A stretch of 63,863 nt of DNA, counting the filler, from Choristocarpus tenellus KU-1152 (Eukaryota; Protista; Phaeophyceae), in the NCBI GenBank assembly GCA_964200185.2. It is 11 parts of 11 records of this genome, joined end to end, with 100 filler letters (N's around TTAATTAATTAA, not from the genome) between each part and the next. Parts side by side here need not be neighbours in the genome. Positions count along the whole stretch, not along the records: positions 49,588 to 54,542 come from CAXNAD020012393.1; positions 54,643 to 57,609 come from CAXNAD020023299.1; positions 57,710 to 60,865 come from CAXNAD020021897.1; positions 60,966 to 63,863 come from CAXNAD020023806.1; 7 more parts are not named here. One strand, given 5' to 3'. This document shows positions 50,503 to 63,439 of this stretch, piece by piece; position 1 is the stretch's first letter, and every line of letters starts with the position of its first letter. The notes under the pieces were generated by a model, which was not told where the DNA came from, did no database searches, and worked only from the letters and a program-made list of their open reading frames with translations. The position numbers and the translations under genes are program-made.

Positions 50503-51096
50503 ATTACCAATACTGGTAACCACATTGTACCATACACAACTATACCTATATTTAAAGTGCACCAACACATTGATTGTAGAGACGACTACAAGTAGGGGAT
50601 GTTGAGTTTGGTTTGAATCTCGAGTCCCTACCAATGATATTGTAAGTCGTTGTTCTTGTTGTGCTCAGCATTTTCTCGTTATTACTCTTGTAAAGCTCTG
50701 GTAGTTTTGTGCACACAAAACGCCAGAGAAAGGCTCTATGATGGCACTGGGATTTGCTTTTGTTGGTACTGGTTGTGCAATGGAGGACTTCAATTCAGGG
50801 GTTGTAGCCAGGCTACCACCTTTGGAGGGCTCACCTTGCTCACCATGCTCACCATGCTCACCACCCTACAGCTCCTCATATTTCACCAAACGTAAACTCA
50901 TCCATGAGATCAACAACCCTGGCTTTAATGTCTTACAGCGAGCGAGATCATCATGACTACAAATTTCTCAAGTTGGAGACACCACTGACAACGGAAATTA
51001 TTCTACTGCGAGAATGTGAAGGTTTAAGAGCCCTCAGGGGGTCCAGTCCAAGTTTGATATGTACTGTAGATTGTGCACTGTGTCACTCACTATTCA

Positions 51097-53960
51097 TTAC
51101 TTGGATTGGACTGACTTTATTCCGCATGCATCAATGAGAGCAAAAAGAGTCACTCCCACCATGGCACCAGCAATAGCGCCAGCTGTCACAAAGTGCTTGA
51201 AATGGCGATCTTCGCATTCCGGTTCATGCCTTTCCTGTTTAATCTTTAGGTCGCGCAATAGCAATTTCACCTCCTTGATCTGCACTATAGGAAATTCGGC
51301 GAAGAAGGGAGATATATAAGAAGAGGTTAAGGGAAGCCTTTACGAGTGCTGTTTGCAACCACAGTGTCGAGGGTGGAGGGTGTGGTAGGAACGCCAAAGA
51401 CAAGATGTCACACAAGACCTTGAAATCACCAGTTGGCGAGATGTTTGTGGCTATATGAGCAAGAAAATAATAGTCAGATTCCTACAGAGGCCTAATAAAC
51501 GTCAATCCGATACTCTGTACTTTCGATTGTCCGTAGACTCGAAGACTCAGGTACCAACTTGAATCTAGTCGCACTTTGTAACCTCTCATATCCCTGACAA
51601 GGGGATGGTGCCTCACCTCAGTGGCGTTCATTTCGGAAATTGTCGCGTCTGTAGCTTCATCAATGGAGTCGAGGGGTGCCTTTTCCCTTTGGCGCAATAT
51701 TTTGCTGTATTTCGTTGTTCCCTTCATCGTAGTTGAGCAACTTGTCCTGTTTATAATCACTCTTGCCTGCCTGAAAACGCGCTTTAGTACGACAAGCAAA
51801 GCTCCTTGTGAAGAACTGGTGTTCCACTCGTTACCCCTCGAGGCTCCTAGCGTAGTGAGTCAGAGCTAACCCCTATCGTTCAGGGTTAGAAGGAGTTAAT
51901 GCACACTGCACAGTAGAGTGCAGAATGGACTATACTCGTCCCCTACGTCATATACCTACGAGGCTACCTATGGTATCATGCCATTCCCACCTTTAATCCT
52001 TCCAGGCATCTCATCGATTCGGTCCGTATGGACACCGTGTCCGTGCAACAGGGCAAAACCCAAACTTAGAGAGGGAATGGGAGTAAGAGTTTAGGGGAAG
52101 GAGGCAGGACGTGGTTACTCACCAAGTCCCCAGATAGATCCACGCAGCCTGAAGTTCTTCGTTATGCTGTTTATATCCCTTCATTCCCCATGTCCTCCAG
52201 CAAGTATACTCAGCGACAAGTGGATGAAAGTGGTCTGTTCAGAGAACTTGCTTTTACTATGACTAACAAGCATGGTGAGTATTCGTTACAGAGTTACGAT
52301 TTCAACATCGACAAAAAAGACACTTCATACAAACATTACATTTTTCGTGAATATTATTGTTAAGAACTCTAAATATGTTGAACGAAATAATATAATGGAA
52401 CAATGTACCCACCTTGCAAACGAAACAATGAGTGGAGAGAACAATAATGATACAAAACAAAAAAAACAATGAGTACAACAGAGACTTTATGTACCTAAAT
52501 TGATGCTAAAGTCCCCAAAGTTCAGTACAAATATAGAAAAAATGGGTGCGTTGAAACGCAACTAAATACAAGAGCCTGCATTACTTTGGGGAGAACGGAA
52601 TAAGTGAAAAACATAAAAATAATACCAAACCTCCACAAATTTCATGTACCAATACATCAATCTTTTGTGGAAATTGGAAGGATAAATACGAATATTGGTT
52701 ATTATTGAGACTAAAAAATTATGCGGTAAATTCAGTGTTGACCTCACTTGTTCGACGCTCTGTGGCAGTTCTGTACTGATTCCTCTCCTACACTCACTAT
52801 TCAATCTACAATCAACTATTTACAAACCGTCAAATAGACGGAAATTCTATTGGAATTAAGACTGAAAAAAGGACGAAAAATGATGGTATGGATCACACTT
52901 CCTTCATGGTACAGGAGAAAAATTGGAAGTGCCATGATTGTTCTCACCAAAATTCACGAAAAGTTACATAGAAAATGAAGCCAATCTATTCACATCTCGG
53001 TTCTCGACCAGAAGACAGTCTATAAAAATTTATCTGGCGATTGATTGGTTGGCTGATGATTGGACTGGGAAGTCACACGCCACATATCCTCGCAGTATTA
53101 GTAACAGGCATAGACAATATATATGGTGGGCCGATTCCAAACGTCTTCACATGATGCGCAACATTATATTATGAGTCTGATAATAAGTTGCCTCAAACAT
53201 CTAATGACATTATGGATGACGTCAAGAGAGAGAGAGAGAGATGATACTTTGGAAGTAGCAACATGTACGCCAAATCAAAATGAAAGAAAAGTATAGGATA
53301 CTTGTTGGAACCAGAATCGGAAATCGGGTTGCGCAGAAGGAGGAGAAGGACCTACTTTCACAACCCACACTTTCCAACTTCCGTAGACCAGAGCAAATAG
53401 ACTTAATATCAGTAGTCGCACAACCCAATATCAAAGACAGTAAAGTCTGCTATCATGGCTGTTGCTTTTGCCACCCGTGCCCAGCCCTTTATTATGCTCT
53501 CCAGGTTCGTTCCTCAAAAATTCTCTTTGCAAATTGGTGTGGTTTCATCCTGCGAGTCGTTGCTTGTGGGAGCAACTCACTTTCTCGGAAGTGGCACTCT
53601 GCATGTCCTCAGTGCATGTGACACACTGTTGATGTTATGCGTGTGTGTCGGATCGTACTTGTTGTATTGTTACTCATTGCGGTTGGCGGACCATTTCCGT
53701 GTCACTAACCATGTACGACCTGAGTTCATAGTCTAGGTCAAGTTGTGTAGATTTAGACAGGCATTCATGTGAGTATGGAAGAAGAGAAAAGAAAGAGGTG
53801 GAAACCTTTCACACGATTTCCCTTTTATGCCTGCGTCTTCTTGGATGCCCTCCTCAGCTTCATGGAGCTCTCTCTCTACTATTCTCACATATTGTACTTG
53901 TGTATTGATAAATGCATCTTGTATTTTCGCAAGCATGGTAATATTGTTTTTCCTCCATCT
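51097..53960 (-). CDS. Partial gene for an uncharacterised coiled-coil protein with a C-terminal transmembrane anchor; last exons ~51850-51617 and 51279-51097, candidate upstream exons near 52234-52123 and 53960-53830
   Basis: GAG|GTGAGG and TGCAG|ATC join in phase 0, giving ..ISEMNATEIKEVKLLLRDLKIKQE..FVTAGAIAGAMVGVTLFALIDACGIKSVQSK*. Upstream junctions are uncertain. Confidence 0.5.
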
Positions 53961-54489
53961 TTCAGACACGGGTTTTCGAACCCCTCAGACTAATGTGAAG
54001 GTAAGAAAGAGAATAATGATAAGAGCAACAGCAGTTAGTTGTAGTATTGGGGCATAGCATTTTACATATTACTTTGAGTGAGTAACCTTTGTAAGGGGAC
54101 ATTGTTGTTTTGTTAGCTTTCAAATAGTAAACATATTTTAGGGAGGTATCTTTGCATTATCGACAACTGTTGTGTTTACAGTAGTCCTTATAATATAGCT
54201 TTGGTTTTTCCTTCTCACATATGCAAAATGTCACAGGGCGTAATGATAAAATATAGTTCTGATATGATAATCGGTATGTATGGTAGTAAAAATGGTAGTA
54301 AGTTAATAGTAGGGGATCAAATACGTCTTGTGTTTATTGACTAACATCCACAGGGCACTTTTTAGGTCTGCTAATTCACAGTACAATGACCCACCATCCT
54401 TATTATGGTCGATCACAGGCAGGATTGTGACAATAACAGCGAAACATGATGGGGATGACATTTCGTGAGCCACCGTGTACCATAAGAAA

Positions 54490-54542
54490 GGGTCAAAGTA
54501 TCTGGGGGTGGGGGGGGGTTTGTGAGGGGGCGTCCGTTTCGG
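54490..54542 (-). mobile_element. MITE family C end at contig end
   Basis: GGGTCAAAGTATCT(G)n..TTTGTGAGGGGGCGTCCGTTTC, the reverse complement of 58240-58294. Confidence 0.8.
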
Positions 54543-54642
54543 NNNNNNNNNNNNNNNNNNNNNNNNNNNNNNNNNNNNNNNNNNNNTTAATTAATTAANN
54601 NNNNNNNNNNNNNNNNNNNNNNNNNNNNNNNNNNNNNNNNNN
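54543..54642. other. Artificial contig linker
   Basis: N44-TTAATTAATTAA-N44. Confidence 0.98.
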
Positions 54643-57609
54643 GGGGTCGTGTGAGGCTTCATACCCTCTTATCTTCACTACTGAGAAATAGCATTACCTC
54701 CCAAGGTAATTTGCACAGGTTATGAGCCTAAGTAGTATGGAGACTGACCTGAAGAAACTTGCTTTCTGGACAGGTGCGACAGAAAGGTCATTGGAGACCT
54801 GGTCAACTTGGAGACTGTCACTGATCGCCTACGCTGGTGGAAAGGGCTTGTACGAGATAACGACAAGGGACTACGAGATTCCGGAAACACCCACCACCAT
54901 CTATGGAGAGGCAGTGCGTACGGCACATGCCACACACTCCAAGAATAACAAGGCGTTATGATTCCTCCTTCTACAAACAACGAAAGGATCAGCATTCACG
55001 GATTGTAGCCAAATACGAAAATGGAGGTCAACCAGACAGCAGAGGAGCTTGGTTGGAACTAGAACGAGTCTACGGTGGACGCTCGGAGGACGAAATCCCC
55101 GTACAAGTCACCACGTTGGAGGCAAAACTCCGCGAAATACGGTGCACAGCGTCTCAGGACAGCACCGATTTTGTCGTCAAACTCGAACGACTTATTTTCG
55201 GAATTCGAGGAGCTCAAGGAGCCTAAATCCGAAAACATGAAAAGGGCATCTATACTACTTGGAATCAAGGAATCAATGCCACATGTGTTCGCGCAATTGA
55301 TAACACGCCTGGACATCAGCTATGAGGAGATCAAACGAACAGTTATCTCGTTGACAACTTACTTTCGCTCGGGTCAAGATGGTCATGATGGAGTATTAGC
55401 AAGGCATGGCAATGTGAAGAATGGCCATGCTCGGAAGACCAAAGGATCAGCTGAAAGTGGGCTCAGACCAAACCAATGTGGATATTGTTTAAGGATGAAC
55501 CATCGATGAAAGAATTGCTACCGATACTTAAATGGAAAGCCGCCAGCAACACGTCCGCCTGGGATGGCACCCGAAACATTTCCGCCACCTCCAACTCGTT
55601 AGAGCAGCAACAAAGTCGACGGAAACCAAGCGCGCTCCTTATCCAGTTTCAAGGTGACAGCAGACGAGGAGGTTAACAAAAGTGCGGTATTCAACTCCTC
55701 CAGTGGAAGACAAGTCGAGATACTATGTGACTCTGGAGCAAACGTACAACTTACACCTGATCGTGAAGATCTCAGAAGTACTCGGGACACCAAACGCACA
55801 TGCACCTTCGGAAACAATGGGAAATTGGAAGCAAAGGAAATTGGGGATATGGTTCTAATGGTGACGGACACGGACGGCAAACCAACAAGAGTGGTTCTGA
55901 AGGATGTTCTATGGGTGCGAGGTCTACCATGCCGCATATTGAGCACTGGAAGTATACGACAGAATGGAGGAGAATTCATGGATTCAGGAACAAAGGAAAG
56001 TTATCTGTGGGCCTCCAAGAATTCGCCCAAGATAAACCTACAAAAATCGGGGGGGTTCTTAAATTTAACTGGAACTATAATCAACATGGAACAAGAATCG
56101 AGAGCCAGCGCTGCACGAGCCAACCGAAAGCAGAGGCGGACATTAAAGGACTGGCATAACATATTTGGTCACATCAACCCTTCAGCTATCAAGCACCTCG
56201 AGAAGCGTGGCTGTTGGAGATCACCGATGCTACTGTGGCGTCAGAACTGCAATGCTAGACCTGCAAGGAATGCAAGTCCGAGGCCCTAAATTATCAATGG
56301 GGTGGCAGGACCCCCAAGCAGCCCGGCGAGGTTGTCCACACAGATTTGGCGGGACCTTTTAAAGCAGACATCACTGGCCATCAATATTTTCAGATGTTCG
56401 TCGATGAGAGCAGCAGAGACAAGAGGGTTTATGGATTGAAGACAAAAAACGCAGCGACGGACGCAACCGCTGCTTATATCGACCAGATGGTCAGGGAAGG
56501 TATACCAGTCAAATGCATCAGTGGGGATGGTGCTGGCGAGCTTGGGAGATTGGTAAAGTTCCAAAGGATGCTGGCGAACAACGGTACCCGATGGAGGAAA
56601 TCTCCACCGAGAACGCTACAAAGCAAAGGAATCGCCGAAAGGGCAATAAAGCAACTCATGGGGGCAGCAAGGAGTCAACTGGTAAGAGCTGGGCTGGGCG
56701 ACGAGTATTGGTTCTTTGCCATCACGGACGTCGTCTTCAAGACTGGAGGCATGCCACATGAATACCTCGGAGGAGAGACGCCATACTAGCGTCTAACAGG
56801 AAAATCGTTCAACTACGATAGACTTTGGGCCTGGGGGAGCGAGTGCTATGTTCATCAGGACAAGCAGCAGAGAGGGGCCCGCACAAAGTTCCACCCATAC
56901 GCCAAGAGAGGTAAAATAATGGGACACGATCGCACATCATTATGCTGGCACATCTGGCTTCCTCAAGAGGCCAAGTTGGTAACCTCAGTCCACGTGATGT
57001 TCGAGCCAGACAAACATATCATGGACTTCGTGGGGGAGAGAGAGACCATGACTTCGACGGATGATTTTGAGAGTGAAGACGACTCTGATCGGGATTCCGA
57101 TATTGCAGTCGATCCGATTCCCCTTAGTTCACCTATTGGACAACGGAGGTCAGCTAGGATAGCTGAACAACCCAGGGTCGACTACAGGGGTTTACACTCT
57201 GGAGATACAGAAGAACTGGGAGAGAATATAGTGAACCTGCTCAGATCAAGCACAGATGATGCATATTGTTTGATGGGCATGACAGGTAACCTCTCAATAG
57301 GCCACCAGGAGCCATCAACCATTGCAGAAGCCCTCGCAGGACCTGATGCAGAACACTGGAAGAAGGCAATGGAACAAGAAATGGAGGGCCAACAAACCAA
57401 AGGAACCTTCCGTGAGGGAGAGAGTCTGCTACCAGGGAGGAGACCCGTCAAAACCAGATTTATATTCAAAATAAAAAGGACTGCACATGGAGACATCGAA
57501 AGATACAAGGCCAGGCTGGTGGCACGGGACTTTTCCCAACAAGAAGGGGTGGACTACTTCAGCACGTTTAATCCAGCGGTGGGATTTGACGTGATTCGAG
57601 CAGTCCTGG
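54643..57609 (+). mobile_element. Ty1/copia LTR retrotransposon (end of 5' LTR, gag, protease, integrase, start of RT), frameshifted, cut by contig ends
   Basis: The LTR ends ..CA at 54717. Motifs are the zinc knuckle CGYC..H..C (~55476), protease ILCDSGA, WHNIFGH..C..C, integrase HTDLAGP / GDGAGE / GIAERA, and RT EPSTIAEAL..WKKAM..RYKARLVAR. The PR-IN-RT order is diagnostic of copia. Confidence 0.95.
54718..54728 (+). promoter_or_regulatory. Primer-binding site GGTTATGAGCC complementary to the initiator tRNA-Met anticodon arm (half-tRNA priming)
   Basis: Lies directly after the LTR-terminal CA. It is the reverse complement of GGCTCATAACC and resembles the Drosophila copia PBS GGTTATGGGCCC. 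Confidence 0.8.
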
Positions 57610-57709
57610 NNNNNNNNNNNNNNNNNNNNNNNNNNNNNNNNNNNNNNNNNNNNTTAATTAATTAANNNNNNNNNNNNNNNNNNNNNNNNNNNNNNNNNNN
57701 NNNNNNNNN
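57610..57709. other. Artificial contig linker
   Basis: N44-TTAATTAATTAA-N44. Confidence 0.98.
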
Positions 57710-58104
57710 GGGGGGGGGGGGGGGGGGTGGGTGGGGGTGGGTTGTTACGATATACTCCAGAGTATATGCGTACATATTTTGCTCCTTTTTTTGGTATAGT
57801 GTGCTCTCTCTCTACTGTCCTGCAGTACAAGGTCAACATTACATTGCTGGTTGCTGTAGTGATTGATGCTTATAGTGTTGTGAAGGGAGATGATTGACGT
57901 TCAAGTCTTACGTCAAATAGAATAATTTCAACCAATTAAATTGAACTGTCAGTGCGCGCGTTTTTTCGCGCGCGGTTCGCTGAGTGGCGTGTGTCAGTAT
58001 CAGCGGTTTTAGTTTTGTTAGTGCCTCTGGAGACACCATCACCAGGGGTGCAACTATGTGACCCAAATTGCATTGGTCCCGCCGATTTTGATTTTTTTTA
58101 ATAT

Positions 58105-58294
58105 GGGTCAACGTATCTGGGGGGGGTGCCGGCGTTCGTTTTTCACTCTTTTTTCGATTTTCACTCTTTTTTTTTGGTGTGATTTGGTCGCACGCGTCGG
58201 ATTTGAAATGTCAGCAAAAAAAAAACGTTGTTTGACTGAAACGGACGCCCCCTCACAAACCACCACCACCACCCCCCCCAAGATACTTTGACCC
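58105..58294 (+). mobile_element. MITE family C, full length (190 bp)
   Basis: GGGTCAACGTATCT(G)n...(C)nAAGATACTTTGACCC; flanks ATAT/TTAT. Confidence 0.88.
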
Positions 58295-59597
58295 TTATTT
58301 ATTTTTTTAATCAGGGTTATGTTGCCGACTAGAGGTGGAAATGAGGGAGGATTGACAAATTGGCGTAACGGCCTCATTCGTTGTTTTCTTCCACGGCAGT
58401 TACATGCCGTGCAGGCAACTAGGACAGAAACCCATTTATGTACTTGGCTGTTCTCTCTCCCTGCTGTACAATGCACCACCACAACCCAAGTTAGGAGGAC
58501 GGGACCAGGATCAAAGGTGTCGCCGATGTGAAACTGTGAATTCCGTCTCCTGGCGAGCACGTAGTTGGTGTAACATGTTTCCATCTCTTGATGTTGCACC
58601 TAGAGTGTACATACACGTGCCGGAGTGGAGGTCACCCGCCACCTGTCTGTGATGATCCTGGAAAGTAGTGAAAAGAGTGAAGGGGATGCCCGTCGGTCAT
58701 CCTGTGTCGTAAGGGTGAGCTCGTGGCCTGCACAACCCCGCCGCCGTCTTGGCTCAGTGAGGGCCGGTGCGGCAGTAAATTGTTGTCCACCTTTTATTAT
58801 TATTATTATTATTTTGGGGCTCATCAAGGGTTATTATTATAGCCACGGGGGCAAACACACTCGTAGAGATTTATTGATCAATTAATATTATTATTATTAT
58901 TATGAATAGTTCGAATTTGATCGCCGTACGTAGCGTTACTCGTGCTCGAAACGTGGACTGACATAAGCTCTCTCGCCTGTACATTTTTTTATGAAGTGTT
59001 GGAAGTGTAGGAGTAACAGGAAACACAGCATGCATGCACCCTTGTACTCTTGTCTCTCTCTGTCTCTCTCTCTCTCCCTCAACAAGATACATTGGATGGC
59101 AATCTGGCAAGCTCTTGTATCACGGCCCACAGTCCCTATCGCCCAGGGCAGCACTACCCTGTCCTGGGAGGTTTTGGGAAGTGAAGGTTACAATGCCTTG
59201 TGCTGCCTTTCCTGACACATGCGCCTCTGATTTTGTACCGTCCGCCATTGATCTACTCTGGAGTTTTGACATTTAAATGCTTGATTATTTTTATTAAGCA
59301 CAGGCTAAGATAGTCGATTCAATTGTAGTGCATAAGACATAAGACCCTCGCGCCTCCCCGTCCTCCCTCCATGTGGATTGGTGGGCTTACAGCTGCGTCA
59401 TCCAGGACGATTTATCGAGGGGAGGGTCTGGTGGAGGGAGTCTCGGAGAGAAAATCTTGCTTAATCAGGTACTACTATTGTGTAGTTCAACTTCTTTTTG
59501 AAGTAAAAGAGTATTATTATTATTATTTTCTTGTTGTGTGCTCGTGTTTGTTGGTTACATTTTTATATATTTGTTTTTGTTTGGGTTTTGTTGTTAG

Positions 59598-60343
59598 TGG
59601 CTTGGTAGAAGACGAGCAGTCGAACTGGATGAGAATGGTCAGACAAAGGAAGTGTTTGTGAAGAGCAACACTTGAACCAATAGAATGACTCAAAAATCGC
59701 ATTCCACCAATACGATAGAAGTCCCTTAATTTCTCACCAAAAATGTTTTGATTTTTTTTCTCTAGTGTATACGGCATCGTCTCTTCTGGTGTCCTTCCTT
59801 CCCTGTCGTATGTATACAAATATTTGGTGTGCACTTGGTCTGCAGTAGAGTATAGCACGACATGTCAGATGGCATTAGAAAGCTTCAGGCGTGACCTCGG
59901 CCTACCTGATCTCTTTGTCCTTGCTTGTTCGGTTTGAAAATCGTACTAGACTTCCGGGAATGGCATTTTTTTTATCTTGCCTCAAGTGAGTGTACCTTTT
60001 TTTTGCTTCTGACCCGGTCCAAGTGTAGCCTTCAAAGTACGGTACCATTTGTAGGAGTACAGTACTTGATAACGCACCACCCCTTGTTTCACCATCACAC
60101 ACAAACCTTTATTGATCGCCTGTTACTCTCTCTTATCTTCACCTCTCAGCAGTTTCTACTCCTCACCCCGGTGTTTATTCATCCCCTGTGTTGTGTTGTG
60201 CTGTGTTGTGTGTGTGTTTTTTTGGGGGGGGGGTGGGGGGTGGAAAGTTCAGGCGGCGAATAACTTTGGCAACCCTTCTGATGTGATTGTGGCACGAGAC
60301 CTGATGGGCATCATCATCCCAGAGGAGGGCTTTGCCAATACTG
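59598..60343 (+). CDS. Two candidate exons (59598-59637 and 60253-~60343) of an unknown protein
   Basis: TTAG and TTCAG acceptors and an ATG|GTCAGA donor join in phase to give GLVEDEQSNWMRM-AANNFGNPSDVIVARDLMGIIIPEEGFANTE. The second donor is uncertain. Confidence 0.4.
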
Positions 60344-60796
60344 AGGCAGGGCAAGGCCCGTACCATAGTCAAAGATAGGTGCACAGAAAGAACCTGACAA
60401 TCCGCCTAGAGTGAAATCAGGATTTGTGTGTGTGTGTGTGTGTGTTTGAGAGAGAACATCGTGTTAGGCATGACTTCATGTGGACAGGTCTAGCAAGCAG
60501 TTCATTGTTTAGAGCTATGTGTATTTGAAGATCATTCCTCTCTCTCACTCTCTTGCTGCAGGGAATTGTCTCGTACTGCCTGCATGTGTTTTCTAGGTGG
60601 AAAACAAAAACAAAAAAAGCTTGTACTCAAGTAGATGTTATGAAGGGTGCCTCTTTTGGAAAGAAAGGGATACTGCTGAAGAACTAGTGATGGGATTGAG
60701 ATAGGCAGTGGAGAAGGCGGGGGAATAGGGGAATGTAACCAGCCCATTGTTGTATCGCCCTACATTTGGAATAAACTTGTGGGGATGAGTGTGCAT

Positions 60797-60865
60797 GGCT
60801 CAAATTATCTGGGGAGGGGGGGCAGCTGTCCATTTGGGCCCAATTTTTTCATGTCGCGATTTTTG
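60797..60865 (-). mobile_element. MITE family B, partial at contig end
   Basis: GGCTCAAATTATCT(G)n..GTCCATTTGGGCCCAATTTTTTCATGTCGCG. Confidence 0.85.
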
Positions 60866-60965
60866 NNNNNNNNNNNNNNNNNNNNNNNNNNNNNNNNNNN
60901 NNNNNNNNNTTAATTAATTAANNNNNNNNNNNNNNNNNNNNNNNNNNNNNNNNNNNNNNNNNNNN
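60866..60965. other. Artificial contig linker
   Basis: N44-TTAATTAATTAA-N44. Confidence 0.98.
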
Positions 60966-62382
60966 GTCGGGGATTCGGTAACTTTACATGAGCAAATCTT
61001 TGCTTTTGGCACTGGAGGCTCAGGTCGTCCACGCTTCTAGACATGTTTAGGCTTCAGTCCCCAGCCGTTTAAGTTGTGGAGACGGAGCGAGCCGCTTCAT
61101 GTTTTTGCATTTTCGGCCTACGGTACTGGTGCCAACATGGCCAGAAGTGTGCGCTCTGCACACAGGATTGGGTCGTGTTATAGATAGACTAGAGAATAGT
61201 TGTGGACTCGGGTTGATACTGTGATCATGAGACTTTGGTACATTCGGAAGAGTTCATAAACAACAACGAAATGGGACAACAACAGTGGTCATTCACTGTA
61301 TTTAGAGGTGGGTGTGGGGGTGCACTACTACACTAAGCAATCTACCAGTCTGCATTCAGAGTAATGTTTAGGAAGTACTGCATATCCTTAGTGGGTCTCT
61401 GACAGAATAGTACAATCCAATACTACCAGCATCCTATACCCATGAGTCCTCTTTCTTTCTGCGTGTGATATGTGATGAATGGTTTTCGAATTCGATGGAA
61501 TAGGTGTGAAGTCGATATTTTTCTTCGTTTCCCCTTTCCCATAGTACCTGGTGAGGTTGATGACGTTAAATGACATCCTTTCCCAACACTTCGGGTCGTA
61601 TTAATAGTAGTAGTGTGTCATGCCTGGGTCTTCTTGTCTGCCCTTCTTGGCTACATGGAGATTTTCTGCCTTTCTTCTACAGAGTGCATTTCTATTTATT
61701 TCTTACTTGTTTCTTGTGTAAGTATTTTGTGTTTTCTTGAGTTCTTATTTGCAGTTTTTTCTTCACGTTTTCACCATTCGTTACATTCGTTAGGAACCGG
61801 TCAGTCAGTCTAAGGTCTCGTGTGAATATAACACTACTAATCATATCCTGTGTGATAAGTCCTTTGATGAGATCATTTCCTCTTATCCTTCCTTGCAACA
61901 CTCTGTGTAGTAACCACAAAATTCACTCTATGAAAGGTGCCAGATATTGTCGAAAAAATAGGATATTTGTCAGGTGTACCCTGTCTTGTATATGTGAGGT
62001 TACGGCATTGGATTGGGTTCATGTGATGTAACAAATGAGATATACATCCGGATTATGTATGGGGTTTGGCATTGCAATTAGTATTCTCTCACATAACTGT
62101 TGATTTGCGTCTGATGCACAAGTATTAATAAAACGAGCAATAAGAAGACACCCCCACAAGGTCGCTTTCCTTTTCAACCATGTGATTGTATTCAGCAATG
62201 GGGAATCATGTGAGGCTCCCATCTCTTTCTTCTCTCTTCTTCCATACTGATACAAACAGCAGTCTAAATTTGCACAAATATCTACACAAAAACATAAATA
62301 TGCAGGTACTAGTATGTATACTAATACACATTGTGGTAATTGTACTGATTATATATACTATCTCCAACGTTTTGCAGACAAT

Positions 62383-62646
62383 GAGCTAAACCAATGTCGA
62401 GGTTGGCATTTTGGGATCCTAATGCAATTCTAAGCCAGTTTTCTTACCCTATGCGATACAATCTATTTCATATGTTTGAGTCCACAACTGTGTATATAAA
62501 GTTAATATTCTCCCTCTCCACCAAACAAACTGAGATAACAATTTAGCAAAGGCCCTTTCTGAAATTGTACAAATTAGCACATTTTTACCCTTTATCACGA
62601 TCCTTGAAATGCAACGTTGCCTACCTCTCAATTGGTTTTTTGGCTC
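62383..62646 (-). mobile_element. MITE family D
   Basis: GAGCTAAACCAAT...GCCTACCTCTCAATTGGTTTTTTGGCTC; the interior is homologous to the other D copies. Confidence 0.7.
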
Positions 62647-63439
62647 ATTATTCTCATGGAGGGAACAGGAAGGAACGTGTGAGACAAAAAATAAAACAAA
62701 CGTGACGACAACAACAGAGTCTGTAGTGCATGCAGGAAAGGTCTTCTCATACACCGGCGAGACTTGTAGTGTATTTTGTTTAGGTATTCCGTTGAACGCT
62801 GATAGGCTTCCTCCTTTGACAGTTGCGAGGAACTTTGATAGTCACATACGTGCCCTAGAAGATTGTTGATGGATAAGTCTTATCATTATTATTATTAGTA
62901 GTAGTAGCATCTTATTCGCCCACACAGCTACCCTTCCTACAAAAATCTCCCTAGAGGGACTGAATTACTTCGTTGAGAGATTGGAAGCAAGTTGGTCGGG
63001 TTCCCTCTACGACTACTCCCACTGACAGTCGTCCAGAACAGTCCTACTTCCACAAGTTCCAAACTTCTCGATCTGACTAGATCCTTCCAGATGATAAATC
63101 TAGAAGACTAGATAATCTCAGAATGTTGTCCGGAACACCAAAAAATCATATTTCTGGAAAGCAACGGTTTCATGTGAAACTCCTATTTTATTTCATCACG
63201 TATCTGGTGCTTCCATTATCTTCAATATTACAAATCCATAAGCCTGCTACTGTTACTAATCCTACAAGCCTGTAGAGCACCAAATATGAACATATTTGAA
63301 AACAAGGAAAAAGGAAAACAAGAAACCAAACTAGACAAATATCATGCTGTCCTATGATCTGGCTGCCTAGAAACAAGGAAAATTTTCCACGAGTCTGGCA
63401 GTCTCGTATTATCCACAGGCCTGATGACTCTAGCTTGAA

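Noticed and set aside
58043-58602. CAGGGGTGCAAC...GTTGCACCTAG as hAT-like TIRs
   Set aside because: Only an 8-bp core matches and no 8-bp TSD is seen.
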